Assembly: GCA_008632985.1 (NCBI GenBank)
Contig: QPGO01000014.1
Coordinates: 62,001 to 126,000 of the forward strand
Source: Psammoneis japonica
Taxonomy: Eukaryota
Direction of reading: 5' to 3'
DNA: 64,000 nt
A program made the translations under genes and the position numbers. The notes beneath the pieces were generated by a model, which had not been told where the DNA came from, searched no databases, and saw only the letters and a program-made list of their open reading frames with translations. The stretch's first letter is position 1. Each line of letters opens with the position of its first letter. Shown here one piece after another: positions 48,727-58,977 of this stretch.

Positions 48727-51700
48727 ATTGTGGTCACTTAGATTCAATTTTATCTGGGCACTGGCGTCAGTTTTCTGAAAATGGAAAACACACTCCAAGC
48801 AAGTTGCCTCATTCCAAGTCTCAATGACTCACGTCTCTTTGCCCCTTTTTGTCTTGCACAAATGATGCACACATCAATTTTGACAACACTGGTGTTCCTG
48901 TTTTGAGATTGAGAAGTGTGCTGGGTGAACTGTTGCCTTTCACATCTCCAAGTTGTCACCATGTCCAACATTGCTCCACCCAACGGTCATTCTGTGGACA
49001 GTCTCAAACTTGATGGCCAGCACTCTCACCTCAACAGCACTTCCTCTTTGAACCCTGTCAAGCAAGCATTTCCATCTGCTCATGCTTGGAAACAGTGGTG
49101 TCAAGCACATTCCTTGTTTTGCAAAGATGACACCTTGGAATTGCAGCATCCACTGGGTCAGTGGGCAGTGCCCACCACAAACAAGTGCATGTGTCCTTTT
49201 TGACACATGTTGCAAGAAGTCCAAAGAGCTTTTGCACATCAGGTTGAACACTGAAGTTGACATTTTCCCTCTCACAGATGGCACAGCAGACTCTGTGTCC
49301 CCTGGAGTCTGTTCTGGATCCTTCCCCATTGGCATCTCCAGGCATGGTTCTTGCCACAAGCAAAGTCTTCTGGCCAATTTGGTCTCCTGGTGCTCCAGTG
49401 TCTTTGCCACCAAATCTTCCTGTTCCCAACAATTTCTTTGAAATGTTGTCATCCTTGCCAAAGTGGGAGTCTTTCCTGATTGCCAATCTCACCTTGCATG
49501 TGTGAGCACTCAAAATTGCAGAATCCTTGTCTTTGTCAAGGGCTGTGGCAGGCAGTGATGGGTTGGTGATTCACTTCCACAGCACCTTTGGCTGGATGCT
49601 TGCCATTGATGGTTCTCTCCATTGGCTGATTGCACTGGTCCAGTTTTCAGGTTCTGTTCTTCTTCCTGTTGAGCTGAGGCAATTGGTTTCATGCCCTTTT
49701 TTCAGCTTCTGTTCAGACTGATGGGTTGTTGTCAGAGAGTGTTTGTCCCAGGAGTGGATCTGTGCCCATGACAACTCCTCATTGGTGCAGAATGTTTCTC
49801 ATTTTTAGGCTGCATCTCCCTCCTGGACAGTGCAGAGTTTTCAGATGCAGGCTGGGGCACTTCTGCTGTTGCAAGAAATTTGCCAGCTCCAGATTGGGGC
49901 ATGGCACACAAGACATTTCACTCATGTCAGCAGGTGCTGGAACTGGGAACTGCCATCTCTCCCTGCAAACTTGAAGCTTGAAGTTGAACATCTGAGCAGA
50001 CCAGCTGGTGAGGAATTGACAAAAGGCTCCTGCACTGGCATGACACTTTGTTTGCTTGCTCCTCCTGTCCCACACTGCTCTGCAAACTTGGTCTGATTCA
50101 ACATTTTTCTGTCACCTCCAAATTCAAGTTCACACTTCAGCATGACTTTTCCAGCCCCACATTGCAACAATGGTGCATGCAGGAGAAGTGTGGTTCTTGG
50201 TCATGTGAAGTTTTTGACTCTGTTGATTGGACTGTGCACTCCAAATTCATGTCTGGTGACTGGTGACATCAACAAGGGGAAATGAATCAGCACCATTGGG
50301 CTGGTGTGCACAACTTGTTGCCAATGAACAAGGCACTGTTCATTGCTGCAACCCAAGAACTCATCCAGACAGCTCTGTTCATTGTCTGCACCTGATGGAA
50401 GACAGAAGTCACATTCTTTGATCTTCCCACAATGAGACTTGGCACTGGCATTTCTTTGACTTCAGGGCCTTCACAAGAAATGCTGCAATGTTGACACATC
50501 ACCTTCCCCATGCAACTTCCTCTTGTTTGCTCTTGAGTTCTGGATTCACAATGAAGTTGTCCACCCCAGATGAGCTTCATCACACAGTGTTCTCACAGTC
50601 TTTTGTTCTCAGGACAACACTGGGCAGTGCCATCCTCTGTTTGGTGGTCACTTTTCTTCCTTGTGGAATGAAACTCAAACACCACATCTTCTGACTGGCA
50701 GCCCACATCACAGCTTTCCTCTGATGGCAAATGGCCAGATTGTCGGCCCCATGATCGGTGGTGGCTTTGTTTGGCCGCAATGATGGCAGGACCTGTGGGA
50801 TTCCCACAATGATGCCATTCATGGCCACAATTGTGAAACTCAGAAATCTTCTCAATGCCAAGATGCTTGGCTGTTTTCATTGCACACATGCTTTGACTTG
50901 TTGCTCAAGGGTTTCAGGCAAAAAGAAGGTGAAAGAATGCACCCTGCATTGCAGAGAGAGGAGTCGCTTTGTCAAAGCAACTCTTGCCTTTTTGTTTTGT
51001 TGCCAAATTTGGTGCACAGTGTGGCATCAAAATGACGTGCCTTCTGTCGTGATGGTTGCATCAAATGAGCAAAGCAGCATCACACTGAAAGTCTCATGGG
51101 GGCTTTTTGTTTGGGGCGGTGTTGGACAGAATGTCGTGACCATCACATTTTATTTGACGTCGTTGAATTGCGTTGAGCACAGCACAACACTGCTGTCAAC
51201 ACACTGATGGGTGTTTTGCACGCTGCCATAGACTACCTAGAAGTTACTTCCATGATTGACTGTCATCATTGCATGCTGTAGATGCTTGGACTTGTTGCCT
51301 AAGGGCTTCAGGCAAAAAGGTGAAAGAACACATCCTGCCGATTGACAGGTGGCTCTAGTCAGTCCACACAAAATGTGCCATGCTGGAAGTCACTTCCATA
51401 CTTAACTGTTTTCCAGCATGCTCAATCTTGTTACGAATGGGACAAAATTCTGACGAAGTCTGCAGACTGTTTTGGCTGCGTGGTGTTGGTAACAGCAAAA
51501 GAGCTGAGCTTCAAAAGAAGAATCTAGCTGCTGGGAAATAACATCTGTAAAGCTAGGAAATAATGTCTGTAAAGCCTCGTAAATTGAAAATGAGGTTTGT
51601 CCAATCCTTTCGCGGCAAAGACGCAGACGAGTCAGACATTGTTGATGCCGTTGGTAAATCCTTACGTTCAAAGTTGATGAAGTTAGTTGAAGTAGCTATA

Positions 51701-51782
51701 GAAAAGCGAGACTCTGGAGAGATGTTACTGTGGAAGTAATGAAAACTCCGGTACAAGATACTTCTATATACTGTAAGTACGC

Positions 51783-52586
51783 CTAAGAATCCCCAGCAGA
51801 CGCTGATTCAGCCTCAACTTCATCAATGACAGCTTGAGCCTCCGTCTGAGTCAAAATGTGATGAACACAATCACCACTATCATCCACCGTCATGCGGAAG
51901 AGTTCCATCTTTTCCGCAGCAGCCATGGTACCATCCATGGTTTTGTTTAGTACCTTGACTGCCAAACGGAGCGCTTCTGCCACTGTGGGCATGTTGGGCG
52001 AATCATCGTCATCTTCCTCCATGGCATCATCTCCACCGCTGCTCTTTCCGTATTCTGTCTTGAGCAGAGATTTGCCGGCTTGGTTGTTGGCTCCAATTAC
52101 AGTGGCCTTCCAACCACTGTAATTACCAGAAGGATCACTCTGATACAATTGGAATCCGTGTTCCGTATCATATCCCGCAAACAAAAAAGCCACACCAAAC
52201 GGCCTCAGTCCACCGTACTGCGTGTAACTTTGCTTGTAATTACAAACATGCTCCACCAATTGCTCCACGGGAATGTTTTCTTGATACTGATAATAGTACC
52301 GCCCGGCTCGTAGACGCGCTTGATCAATCAAAATATTAGCATCCGCCGTGAGACCCGCCACGTTGCAAGCCGCATGTGGACAGAGCTTGTAGGTTTTCTC
52401 GGACGACTTGGCGGGAGCCAGCAGCCCCGACGTGATGCGACGTTCGCTCGCCATGACGATACCGTCCTTGGCGAGAATGCCCACGCACGTACCGGCATTG
52501 TTAATGGCTTCAATCGCATACTCCACTTGATGGAGACGGCCTTCCGGTGAAAAGGTGGTGGTACTGGAATCGTAGCGACGTGCCAT
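51783..52586 (-). CDS. PSMA4: 20S proteasome subunit alpha type-4 (alpha3)
   Basis: MARRYDSSTTTFSPEGRLHQVEYA, YTQYGGLRPFGV, QLYQSDPSGNYSGWKA. Confidence 0.97.
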   Translation of the reverse strand: MARRYDSSTTTFSPEGRLHQVEYAIEAINNAGTCVGILAKDGIVMASERRITSGLLAPAKSSEKTYKLCPHAACNVAGLTADANILIDQARLRAGRYYYQYQENIPVEQLVEHVCNYKQSYTQYGGLRPFGVAFLFAGYDTEHGFQLYQSDPSGNYSGWKATVIGANNQAGKSLLKTEYGKSSGGDDAMEEDDDDSPNMPTVAEALRLAVKVLNKTMDGTMAAAEKMELFRMTVDDSGDCVHHILTQTEAQAVIDEVEAESASAGDS

Positions 52587-52945
52587 TGTCACTGATAATC
52601 TGTATGTTGTTGTGAACTGCTGAAGATCGTTGTCGACGAAATGACAAAAGATTTCAAAGCAAATCCTTATTCGAAACCTTTCCGTGACTATGCCAATTTT
52701 GACAATTTTCCTTATTCAAAATGAAACGAAGCACGGCGAACGAGGAAGAAAGTTCTCGGTGAATCGAATGGGTCCGGAGAGAATAGGGAGTCGAATGGGT
52801 CCAAAAATAATCGTCTCTCCTCCGGCCGCCCTTGCACATCGTTTCGACAGAAGATGATCTCCTCAACGCGACGATGACGTTGCCGACCTGTGTTTTCACA
52901 CAACATTAGCGAACGAACCACAATCTACAACAACTGCACCAGAAC

Positions 52946-54028
52946 ATGGGAAATAAGCCATCCTCTCCCTCATCAACATCCTTGTTGATGGAAGCTTGCA
53001 TGGCAAACGATGTCGACAAAGCAAAGGAAATTGTCGGATCGGCATGTGCAGCAGCCTCACAAAACAACAACAACAACCTTGTCGGCCACGTCGAAATGCC
53101 CGATGCCGAGCTTGTCCAATTTATAAACACGGCCGATCCATCCGGAAATACCGCTCTTCATGCGAGTGTCTTTCAGGGAAATTTGGAATTGGTTCAATTC
53201 TTGGTCGAGTCGTGCGGGGCATCCATCACGTTGAAGAATGCGTTGGGATGCAATTCGCTTTGGCTTGCGGCGGGATACAATCATGAAGACATATTGGAAT
53301 ATTTGCTTACTATACTGGATGATCCACTACAATTATTGGAAACGAATACTTCGGGTGATTCACCCATTCTTGCCGCGGCATCCAAAGGAAACGTGCAAGC
53401 TTGCAAACTGTTGATAGAGTATGCTCAAAAAGGGAGCAGTGACACGGAACGAAAAACGCTCGTCCATGACATGCTATTGCAAAAGAACAACAATAACGAT
53501 TCGCCACTGTCTGTGGCTGTGGCGGGAGGACACTTGTGTGGCTTGTCCGAAAGCAATGACGCCACCAGGGGACAATTGTTGGATTTGCTCTTGATTCCAA
53601 ATCACGCAAATCATGAATTGTTGAATGAGCCCAACAAACGGGGACTTACGCCCTTGCTGGTTTGTTGTGAACGCGACTGGCTCGATGTATTTGAAGAATT
53701 GTTGAAACGCGGTGCCTCCTTGAATGTACGAGATTCCCACGGATCCACTCCTCTGGCGGTGGCTGTCTTTTGCGGATCCAAAGACATTTGCAAGCATCTG
53801 TTACAATGTGAGGCGACCTTGTTGAATGTACCAAATGACAATGGTTGTACTCCACTGTGGCTTGCCGCTCGGACGGCACAGACAGACATGACGAGGCAAT
53901 TGCTGGATGCCGGGGCGGATGCAGAAATTGCAAACAAGGATGGGCTGACGCCTCTTGACATTGCCACCAAACATGAAAAGCAAGATGTAATGACTCTTTT
54001 GGAAGAGCATCAATCGAATAATAGTTAG
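52946..54028 (+). CDS. Ankyrin-repeat protein, possible N-myristoylation (MGNKPS)
   Basis: Repeated GNTALH, GDSPIL, GLTPLL, GSTPLA, GCTPLW and GLTPLD motifs. Confidence 0.92.
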   Translation: MGNKPSSPSSTSLLMEACMANDVDKAKEIVGSACAAASQNNNNNLVGHVEMPDAELVQFINTADPSGNTALHASVFQGNLELVQFLVESCGASITLKNALGCNSLWLAAGYNHEDILEYLLTILDDPLQLLETNTSGDSPILAAASKGNVQACKLLIEYAQKGSSDTERKTLVHDMLLQKNNNNDSPLSVAVAGGHLCGLSESNDATRGQLLDLLLIPNHANHELLNEPNKRGLTPLLVCCERDWLDVFEELLKRGASLNVRDSHGSTPLAVAVFCGSKDICKHLLQCEATLLNVPNDNGCTPLWLAARTAQTDMTRQLLDAGADAEIANKDGLTPLDIATKHEKQDVMTLLEEHQSNNS

Positions 54029-54609
54029 TATCTAAAGTTGTAAAAGTCAACAGTAGGGGCTACTAGTAGCTAGTAGTTGAGGAGCTGGGAGATCACTGTT
54101 CACTTCTTCCTCGCGTAGGGCCCTTTACCGTCGGCTTTGCTCCAACAGGCCAGGAACAACCAGGGTTCCATGCCGAGCAGAACAGCGCTGTTCAGTGCGG
54201 AAGCTGGGATCTTGCCCTGGTTATAGCCGACTTCTTGGACTCCGTTTCAGAAAGAAAAAGGCACAATGCAGTCAATCAATCAACACAACGATAAACAGTT
54301 AACACTACATGCATTGGCATTTCGTTAGTGTGTGTGATCTGGCTTAATCTATTGAGTGTAGCCTCCTCTTGCCAGCATTGCTGTGTGTCATCTCCATTGC
54401 CCCAACACGAGTTGATTCGTCGTTGTTGGTTGAAGACAGCAGCGCTGCCACCGATGGCAGCAGATCCGAAATGGGGATCATCTTCTGATCGCACATGTAC
54501 TAGCCCTAACACGCGCCAGCCACCGACAGTCGCTCTTGCCTGCCTTGTCCTTATGCATCCGTACCATACGTTTGGCAGCAGTGTGCCCCGGAGAAGTTAC
54601 ATGCACACG

Positions 54610-56802
54610 CTAGAGAAGGTTCTTGTCCTTCCGGATCATCTCTGGTATTGCAAGAAGCGCCAGATTTCGAAACGGGGAGAGAAGGTACCCAATGAGGTGA
54701 TACATCACGGCTTGGGCTTGACCGAAAAGTGCGGCGATTATGGCTGGTGTCATGGACGATCCCGTGACGGAGAACCCTAAGCGAGCCCACACTTTCCCAC
54801 TGCTTGGATCAATTTCGAAGCTCCACAGTCTCATGCTGCTGTTCAGCTGCATTAAGTCTTTCGCCACACCAGCCCGCATGCCTTCCTGAACATTTACTGG
54901 AGCCGCCGCGAAGCATAAAACCATCGCGCGTCGTTCCTTGATCACAAGACATGTCTCGAAACTAATTGGGTCTGCTTGAGGCGGTCTTACTTCAAGGGCG
55001 ACCGACACTTTTCGTTCGCAGTTGGAAGGGAACGGCTTCGAGATCGTACCACTAAGTCCGTGTTCAACCAGGTATCGCTTCACCACCCTCCATATGTTAG
55101 CCGACGTATAAATCGGCAACAAGCCTCTCCTGTCATCCTGAACAGGGGGAGTAGATTCCTCAGAGATGATTATTCGGGCAAAAATTGGCAAATAGGTTTT
55201 CATCAGGAGCACAGGGACGGCGATAAGAACGAAGACGTTCATAGATGACAGCTTCGTGTCTTGAACAAGACAAGCCGAACGAGAACGTACAGCCCCGTCC
55301 TCCAAATCAATTTCCATGCTCCCAAGACTTGAACTCGTCTTTAACAAAGTGTTTACGTGCATGAGGAACTGGGCCACTTCAGGTCGATGTGCTTCAGGTA
55401 TATTGATAGGAGCAGTGACAACACAGCCAGCGCATTCGTCATCTTGGGAGGCCCAAACCTTAAGCTTAAAAGATTCAAACTCCCCAGGCAGGGTTACGGA
55501 GTATTCCGCTTCGCCGTTCGGGCCATCCGGTAAGGATTCAAAGGATTTCGCAATTTCATTCAAACAAACTAACAATGAAAACAAAATTTCGACTCGAGGG
55601 CCACCTTTCAGCAAGAATCGGGAGGAGGTCGGTGGACACAATTTTCTTTCGCCGATAGGCGGCCCATTTGCTGAATGAAGCTCAAGAAAAGCGCTGCGAA
55701 TTATGTACGCAAGTGTGAGCGTCTGCTTTCTCTTCTGATCATCAAACTTGTCCATGAATGCATTATTCACAATCTGTTTGCACACTGCCATGTCTTTCCC
55801 GTTTGTGCACCGAATCTGATCAAAGAAGCTCAGTTCCATATGTAAATCCTTTATCCAATCTCCGGAACGAAGCTCAGAGGCAAAGAACAGAACAATTTCG
55901 TTTGGTTCTTTGTTCAACTCATCTGCCGTTAGTGGCTTGAGTTTATAGTTCGGAACTGCTTCCAAGAGTTCACCTGACCCCTTCTTTATCCGAATTGTGG
56001 GTTTTTGATTCAAAATGGTCAGAACTTTGGAAGAAGCTGGCTTGTCAAAATTGATCACCGCTGAATCCCCAGCCTCTGGGTCAAATTCTCTTATCACCTT
56101 CTCGTCATATTCCAGAATTGTGTCCATAAGGAATCGCATGGCTCGCTTGACATCAAAAGACTCGTAAGATAGATCAGTGCTCAGGTCCGTGGGAACTCCA
56201 GCTAGGCTCATGAAGTGGGTAACTGAAGTTGGGAGCAATTCTAGAATATTCCATTGAGAAAAAGTATGGGAAAACTCTGTCCCGTCGGCGATAATTCCAT
56301 CCCCAACAGTGTTTGACACTCGCTCATCGATGGCGCGAACGGCTGCCGAAGTAATGGGGATGCGAGTCATATAGGCAAAATACTCAGTCAGGCACCACCC
56401 TCGTTCGAAGTAGTCCGCAGCATTGACCACACGAAAGGACTCTGCCTCCATTTGAATGACTTGCATATTCTTGAGTGCTGTATCGAACAGCTTTTGCTCA
56501 TCTTCCGTTCGCGGTCGTTGAGGAAGGCAGCAGTAGTCAATCCAAACAAGTCCGTTAAGAGATTGAAGGTGACGGAGGAGCTCTCCTTCTTCGGTATCAC
56601 ACAGTTCGTCGTTGAGCCACCGGTGACTCAGAAAGCAAAAGGGTTGGTCAGAGTCAGAGGAGTAAACTACGAGGTCACTTTGTACGTCCTGAAATTGTTT
56701 CAATCGCGTCCACGTTACAGTATTGGAAACATCGATAAGGAATATGTAAGGCTCTTCACCCGGGCGAAGATATCCCAGCGGCTGTCGACTTGTTGACTCC
56801 AT
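54610..56802 (-). CDS. HET-like N-terminal domain plus two C-terminal YbjN-like domains
   Basis: 730 aa intronless ORF. FLSHRW..VWIDYCCLPQ..YFERGWCLTE is the HET signature. Two copies of P..(I/V)...R..VA..LM..N......EID...G.V..R resemble YbjN. Confidence 0.78.
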   Translation of the reverse strand: MESTSRQPLGYLRPGEEPYIFLIDVSNTVTWTRLKQFQDVQSDLVVYSSDSDQPFCFLSHRWLNDELCDTEEGELLRHLQSLNGLVWIDYCCLPQRPRTEDEQKLFDTALKNMQVIQMEAESFRVVNAADYFERGWCLTEYFAYMTRIPITSAAVRAIDERVSNTVGDGIIADGTEFSHTFSQWNILELLPTSVTHFMSLAGVPTDLSTDLSYESFDVKRAMRFLMDTILEYDEKVIREFDPEAGDSAVINFDKPASSKVLTILNQKPTIRIKKGSGELLEAVPNYKLKPLTADELNKEPNEIVLFFASELRSGDWIKDLHMELSFFDQIRCTNGKDMAVCKQIVNNAFMDKFDDQKRKQTLTLAYIIRSAFLELHSANGPPIGERKLCPPTSSRFLLKGGPRVEILFSLLVCLNEIAKSFESLPDGPNGEAEYSVTLPGEFESFKLKVWASQDDECAGCVVTAPINIPEAHRPEVAQFLMHVNTLLKTSSSLGSMEIDLEDGAVRSRSACLVQDTKLSSMNVFVLIAVPVLLMKTYLPIFARIIISEESTPPVQDDRRGLLPIYTSANIWRVVKRYLVEHGLSGTISKPFPSNCERKVSVALEVRPPQADPISFETCLVIKERRAMVLCFAAAPVNVQEGMRAGVAKDLMQLNSSMRLWSFEIDPSSGKVWARLGFSVTGSSMTPAIIAALFGQAQAVMYHLIGYLLSPFRNLALLAIPEMIRKDKNLL

Positions 56803-57065
56803 CGTTCATATCAGGTGGAAGGTTCTTTCTAAATTACAAGATGCAAGATGCAAGCCTTCCAAACTCAAAACACGATTTCGATTTCGCGACCTAATAATAT
56901 GTATTCGGGACTGCTTCGCGTGATGACGCGCGTTTGCGCTTCTCGTCGGTGTCAAGACTGTTGAGAGCGTCATCGGCGGCGGGTGTCATTGCATGCAAGA
57001 AGTGATGTGTGTCTTGGAAAAGTATGGTGTCACAATCTGCTGCTGATTCCAAACACAACAACACC

Positions 57066-58241
57066 ATGTCGGACGCTACCTTGACTTCACCGGAAACAAC
57101 CACGAGCGCTACCAAGACGGTATCGATACCGAAACCATCGGCAGCGAAACGTAAGTTCTTATTGGAGGGAGGAAATCGTTTTCAGAATTCTTTTTGAAAT
57201 TTCTAAAGTGATTTTCGTGCATGCTGCTCGTTCCAATTTTTTTAGCCGAATCTGCGCTCAAGAGTTTCCTATCGGGTGGTTTCGGAGGTGTCTGTATTGT
57301 TTTGGTGGGCCATCCGCTGGATTTAGTAAAGGTCCGAATGCAAACAGGTGCCGTCGGTGCTTCTTCTTCTGTCCTTGGCATGTTGGGCAACACCTTTCGT
57401 ACCGAAGGAATTCGTGGTTTATATCGCGGCGTATCGGCACCATTGGTAGCGGTCAGTCCCATGTTTGCCGTGAGTTTTTGGGGTTATGACATTGGAAAGC
57501 GTATTGTACGGTATTACGATGAATTCATGAACCGATCGACCTTTGATCCCCACCGACCCTTGACGATTCCAGAAATCTGTGTCGCGGGTGGATTGTCGGC
57601 AATCCCTACAACGGCTCTCATGGCTCCCAGTGAACGAATCAAGTGCTTGTTGCAAATTCAAGGACAAAGCAAGGGTCCACAGAAATATAGTGGCATGATG
57701 GATTGTGCCCGACAAGTCTACAAGGAGGGTGGCATCCGCAGTGTCTACAAGGGCACGGGTGCAACGCTGCTGAGGGATGTTCCCGGCAGTATTGCGTGGT
57801 TTGGAGTGTATGAAATTGTCAAGAAGGAACTCATGCACATTCAGGGAATTGACCCTGCCACGGGACAGTTGAGTCCGCTTGCCGTCTTGTCGGCGGGTGG
57901 ATTTGCGGGAATGGCGTGCTGGGCAGTGGCTATTCCGCCGGATGTCCTCAAGAGCCGCTTCCAGACGGCACCCGAGGGACAATACAAGGGGTTGTATGAC
58001 GTTTACAAACACCTCATGAAGGAAGAAGGACCCTCGGCGCTTGTCAAGGGTATGAGACCGGCTCTGGTGAGTACTAGAATTGTTTCTTTTAAATGTTACA
58101 CTGAAAGCAACGTGCAAGTCAATGCTAATGCATGTTTTTCTGTGCACACATTTCTCTCCACAGATCCGTGCTTTCCCTGCCAACGCCGCTTGCTTTTTTG
58201 GAATGGAGGTATCTCGAAAGTTTCTCGCCTTTATGGATTGA
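57066..58241 (+). CDS. SLC25A20: Mitochondrial carnitine/acylcarnitine carrier-like protein (SLC25)
   Basis: Exons 57066-57150, 57246-58066, 58164-58241. Motifs GHPLDLVKVRMQ, PSERIKCLLQ, PPDVLKSRFQ and IRAFPANAACF. Confidence 0.92.
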
Positions 58242-58501
58242 AACTGAACATGCAGCGTTGTAACTCTCTGGTGGATCTAGATTAATTATTAGAACCTTTT
58301 ATATCCTAATGCCTTATCGATTGGGTTTGTCAGTGCCGGTTACTGTATCCGTGCATTTGTCAGCACTTTCGATAGAATACCGCCACCCGAGAGCACGTTC
58401 CTACCCGCACGAGGAACAAACAAGCCTGCTCATTTCCTTCCAATCGCCATACACTTGTCAAAACACACATTCAATGAATCTATTTTCATAATCTCTTCTC
58501 A

Positions 58502-58732
58502 CTACTTTCGAAATCGTACAGACCGAAAGCATTCCTTGACGAGCGCAAACTCCTTTTCGCAACTCTTGTGTTCCAATGTGCCCTCATTGTGCATATTAAT
58601 GACACACGTTGAATATGCCTGGAGATGCTGTGGACACGTTTCCTTCATTTGAGCAAAGATACGTGTCAGACGGTTGGGTTGAGGCCCACGAAGGACGCTT
58701 TTGGCGGCTGCCGTCGTTGTTGTCGTCGTCAT
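58502..58732 (-). CDS. NDUFAF8: Twin CX9C protein, complex I assembly factor 8-like
   Basis: CPQHLQAYSTCV....SCEKEFALVKECF, 76 aa. Confidence 0.7.
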   Translation of the reverse strand: MTTTTTTAAAKSVLRGPQPNRLTRIFAQMKETCPQHLQAYSTCVINMHNEGTLEHKSCEKEFALVKECFRSVRFRK

Positions 58733-58977
58733 GGTCGGCCGAGTATTGTAAACGCACTGTGATGCCGTTCTTCTGAAGTGTTGAAAACCCATAACCCATT
58801 CAATTTTGGAATTTTGACGTTGGCTCGCGCGAGTGGCGTAGATTAGTACTGGAGGCTACGCGAAGAATCGTATCTTTCGCATCCCAAATCCCAACCTGAT
58901 GTGTGTATTCTGCAGAACCGAATTGAGTGTTGGATTTATTGTTCGTATCTTTGAGTTGAGTCAATCAACCAGGAACC

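Larger units (their letters stand above)
39900..50850 (+). mobile_element. Degenerate LINE (Ambal-like) ORF2 with RT and RNase H, interrupted by a Copia element at 42508-48726
   Basis: 41255-41350 reads HWKDVVNVMIFKKPGNTAIHHLHVTHMCKADF (family pattern RW..V.VMI.K.PG...I..LR.IH.YEAD). Coding-like sequence resumes after 48731, with RNase H-like AVAGSDG near 49545. Outer boundaries approximate. Confidence 0.78.

Noticed and set aside
31050..51200. Dozens of 60-440 aa ORFs, or an alternative genetic code lacking Tyr
   Set aside because: Tyr is missing in all six frames and TE motifs are frameshifted. This is a DNA-level dinucleotide effect.
50860..51340. ~80-bp diverged direct repeat (50880-50950 vs 51275-51340) as an LTR pair
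   Set aside because: No TG...CA ends, TSD or PPT. Too diverged to interpret.
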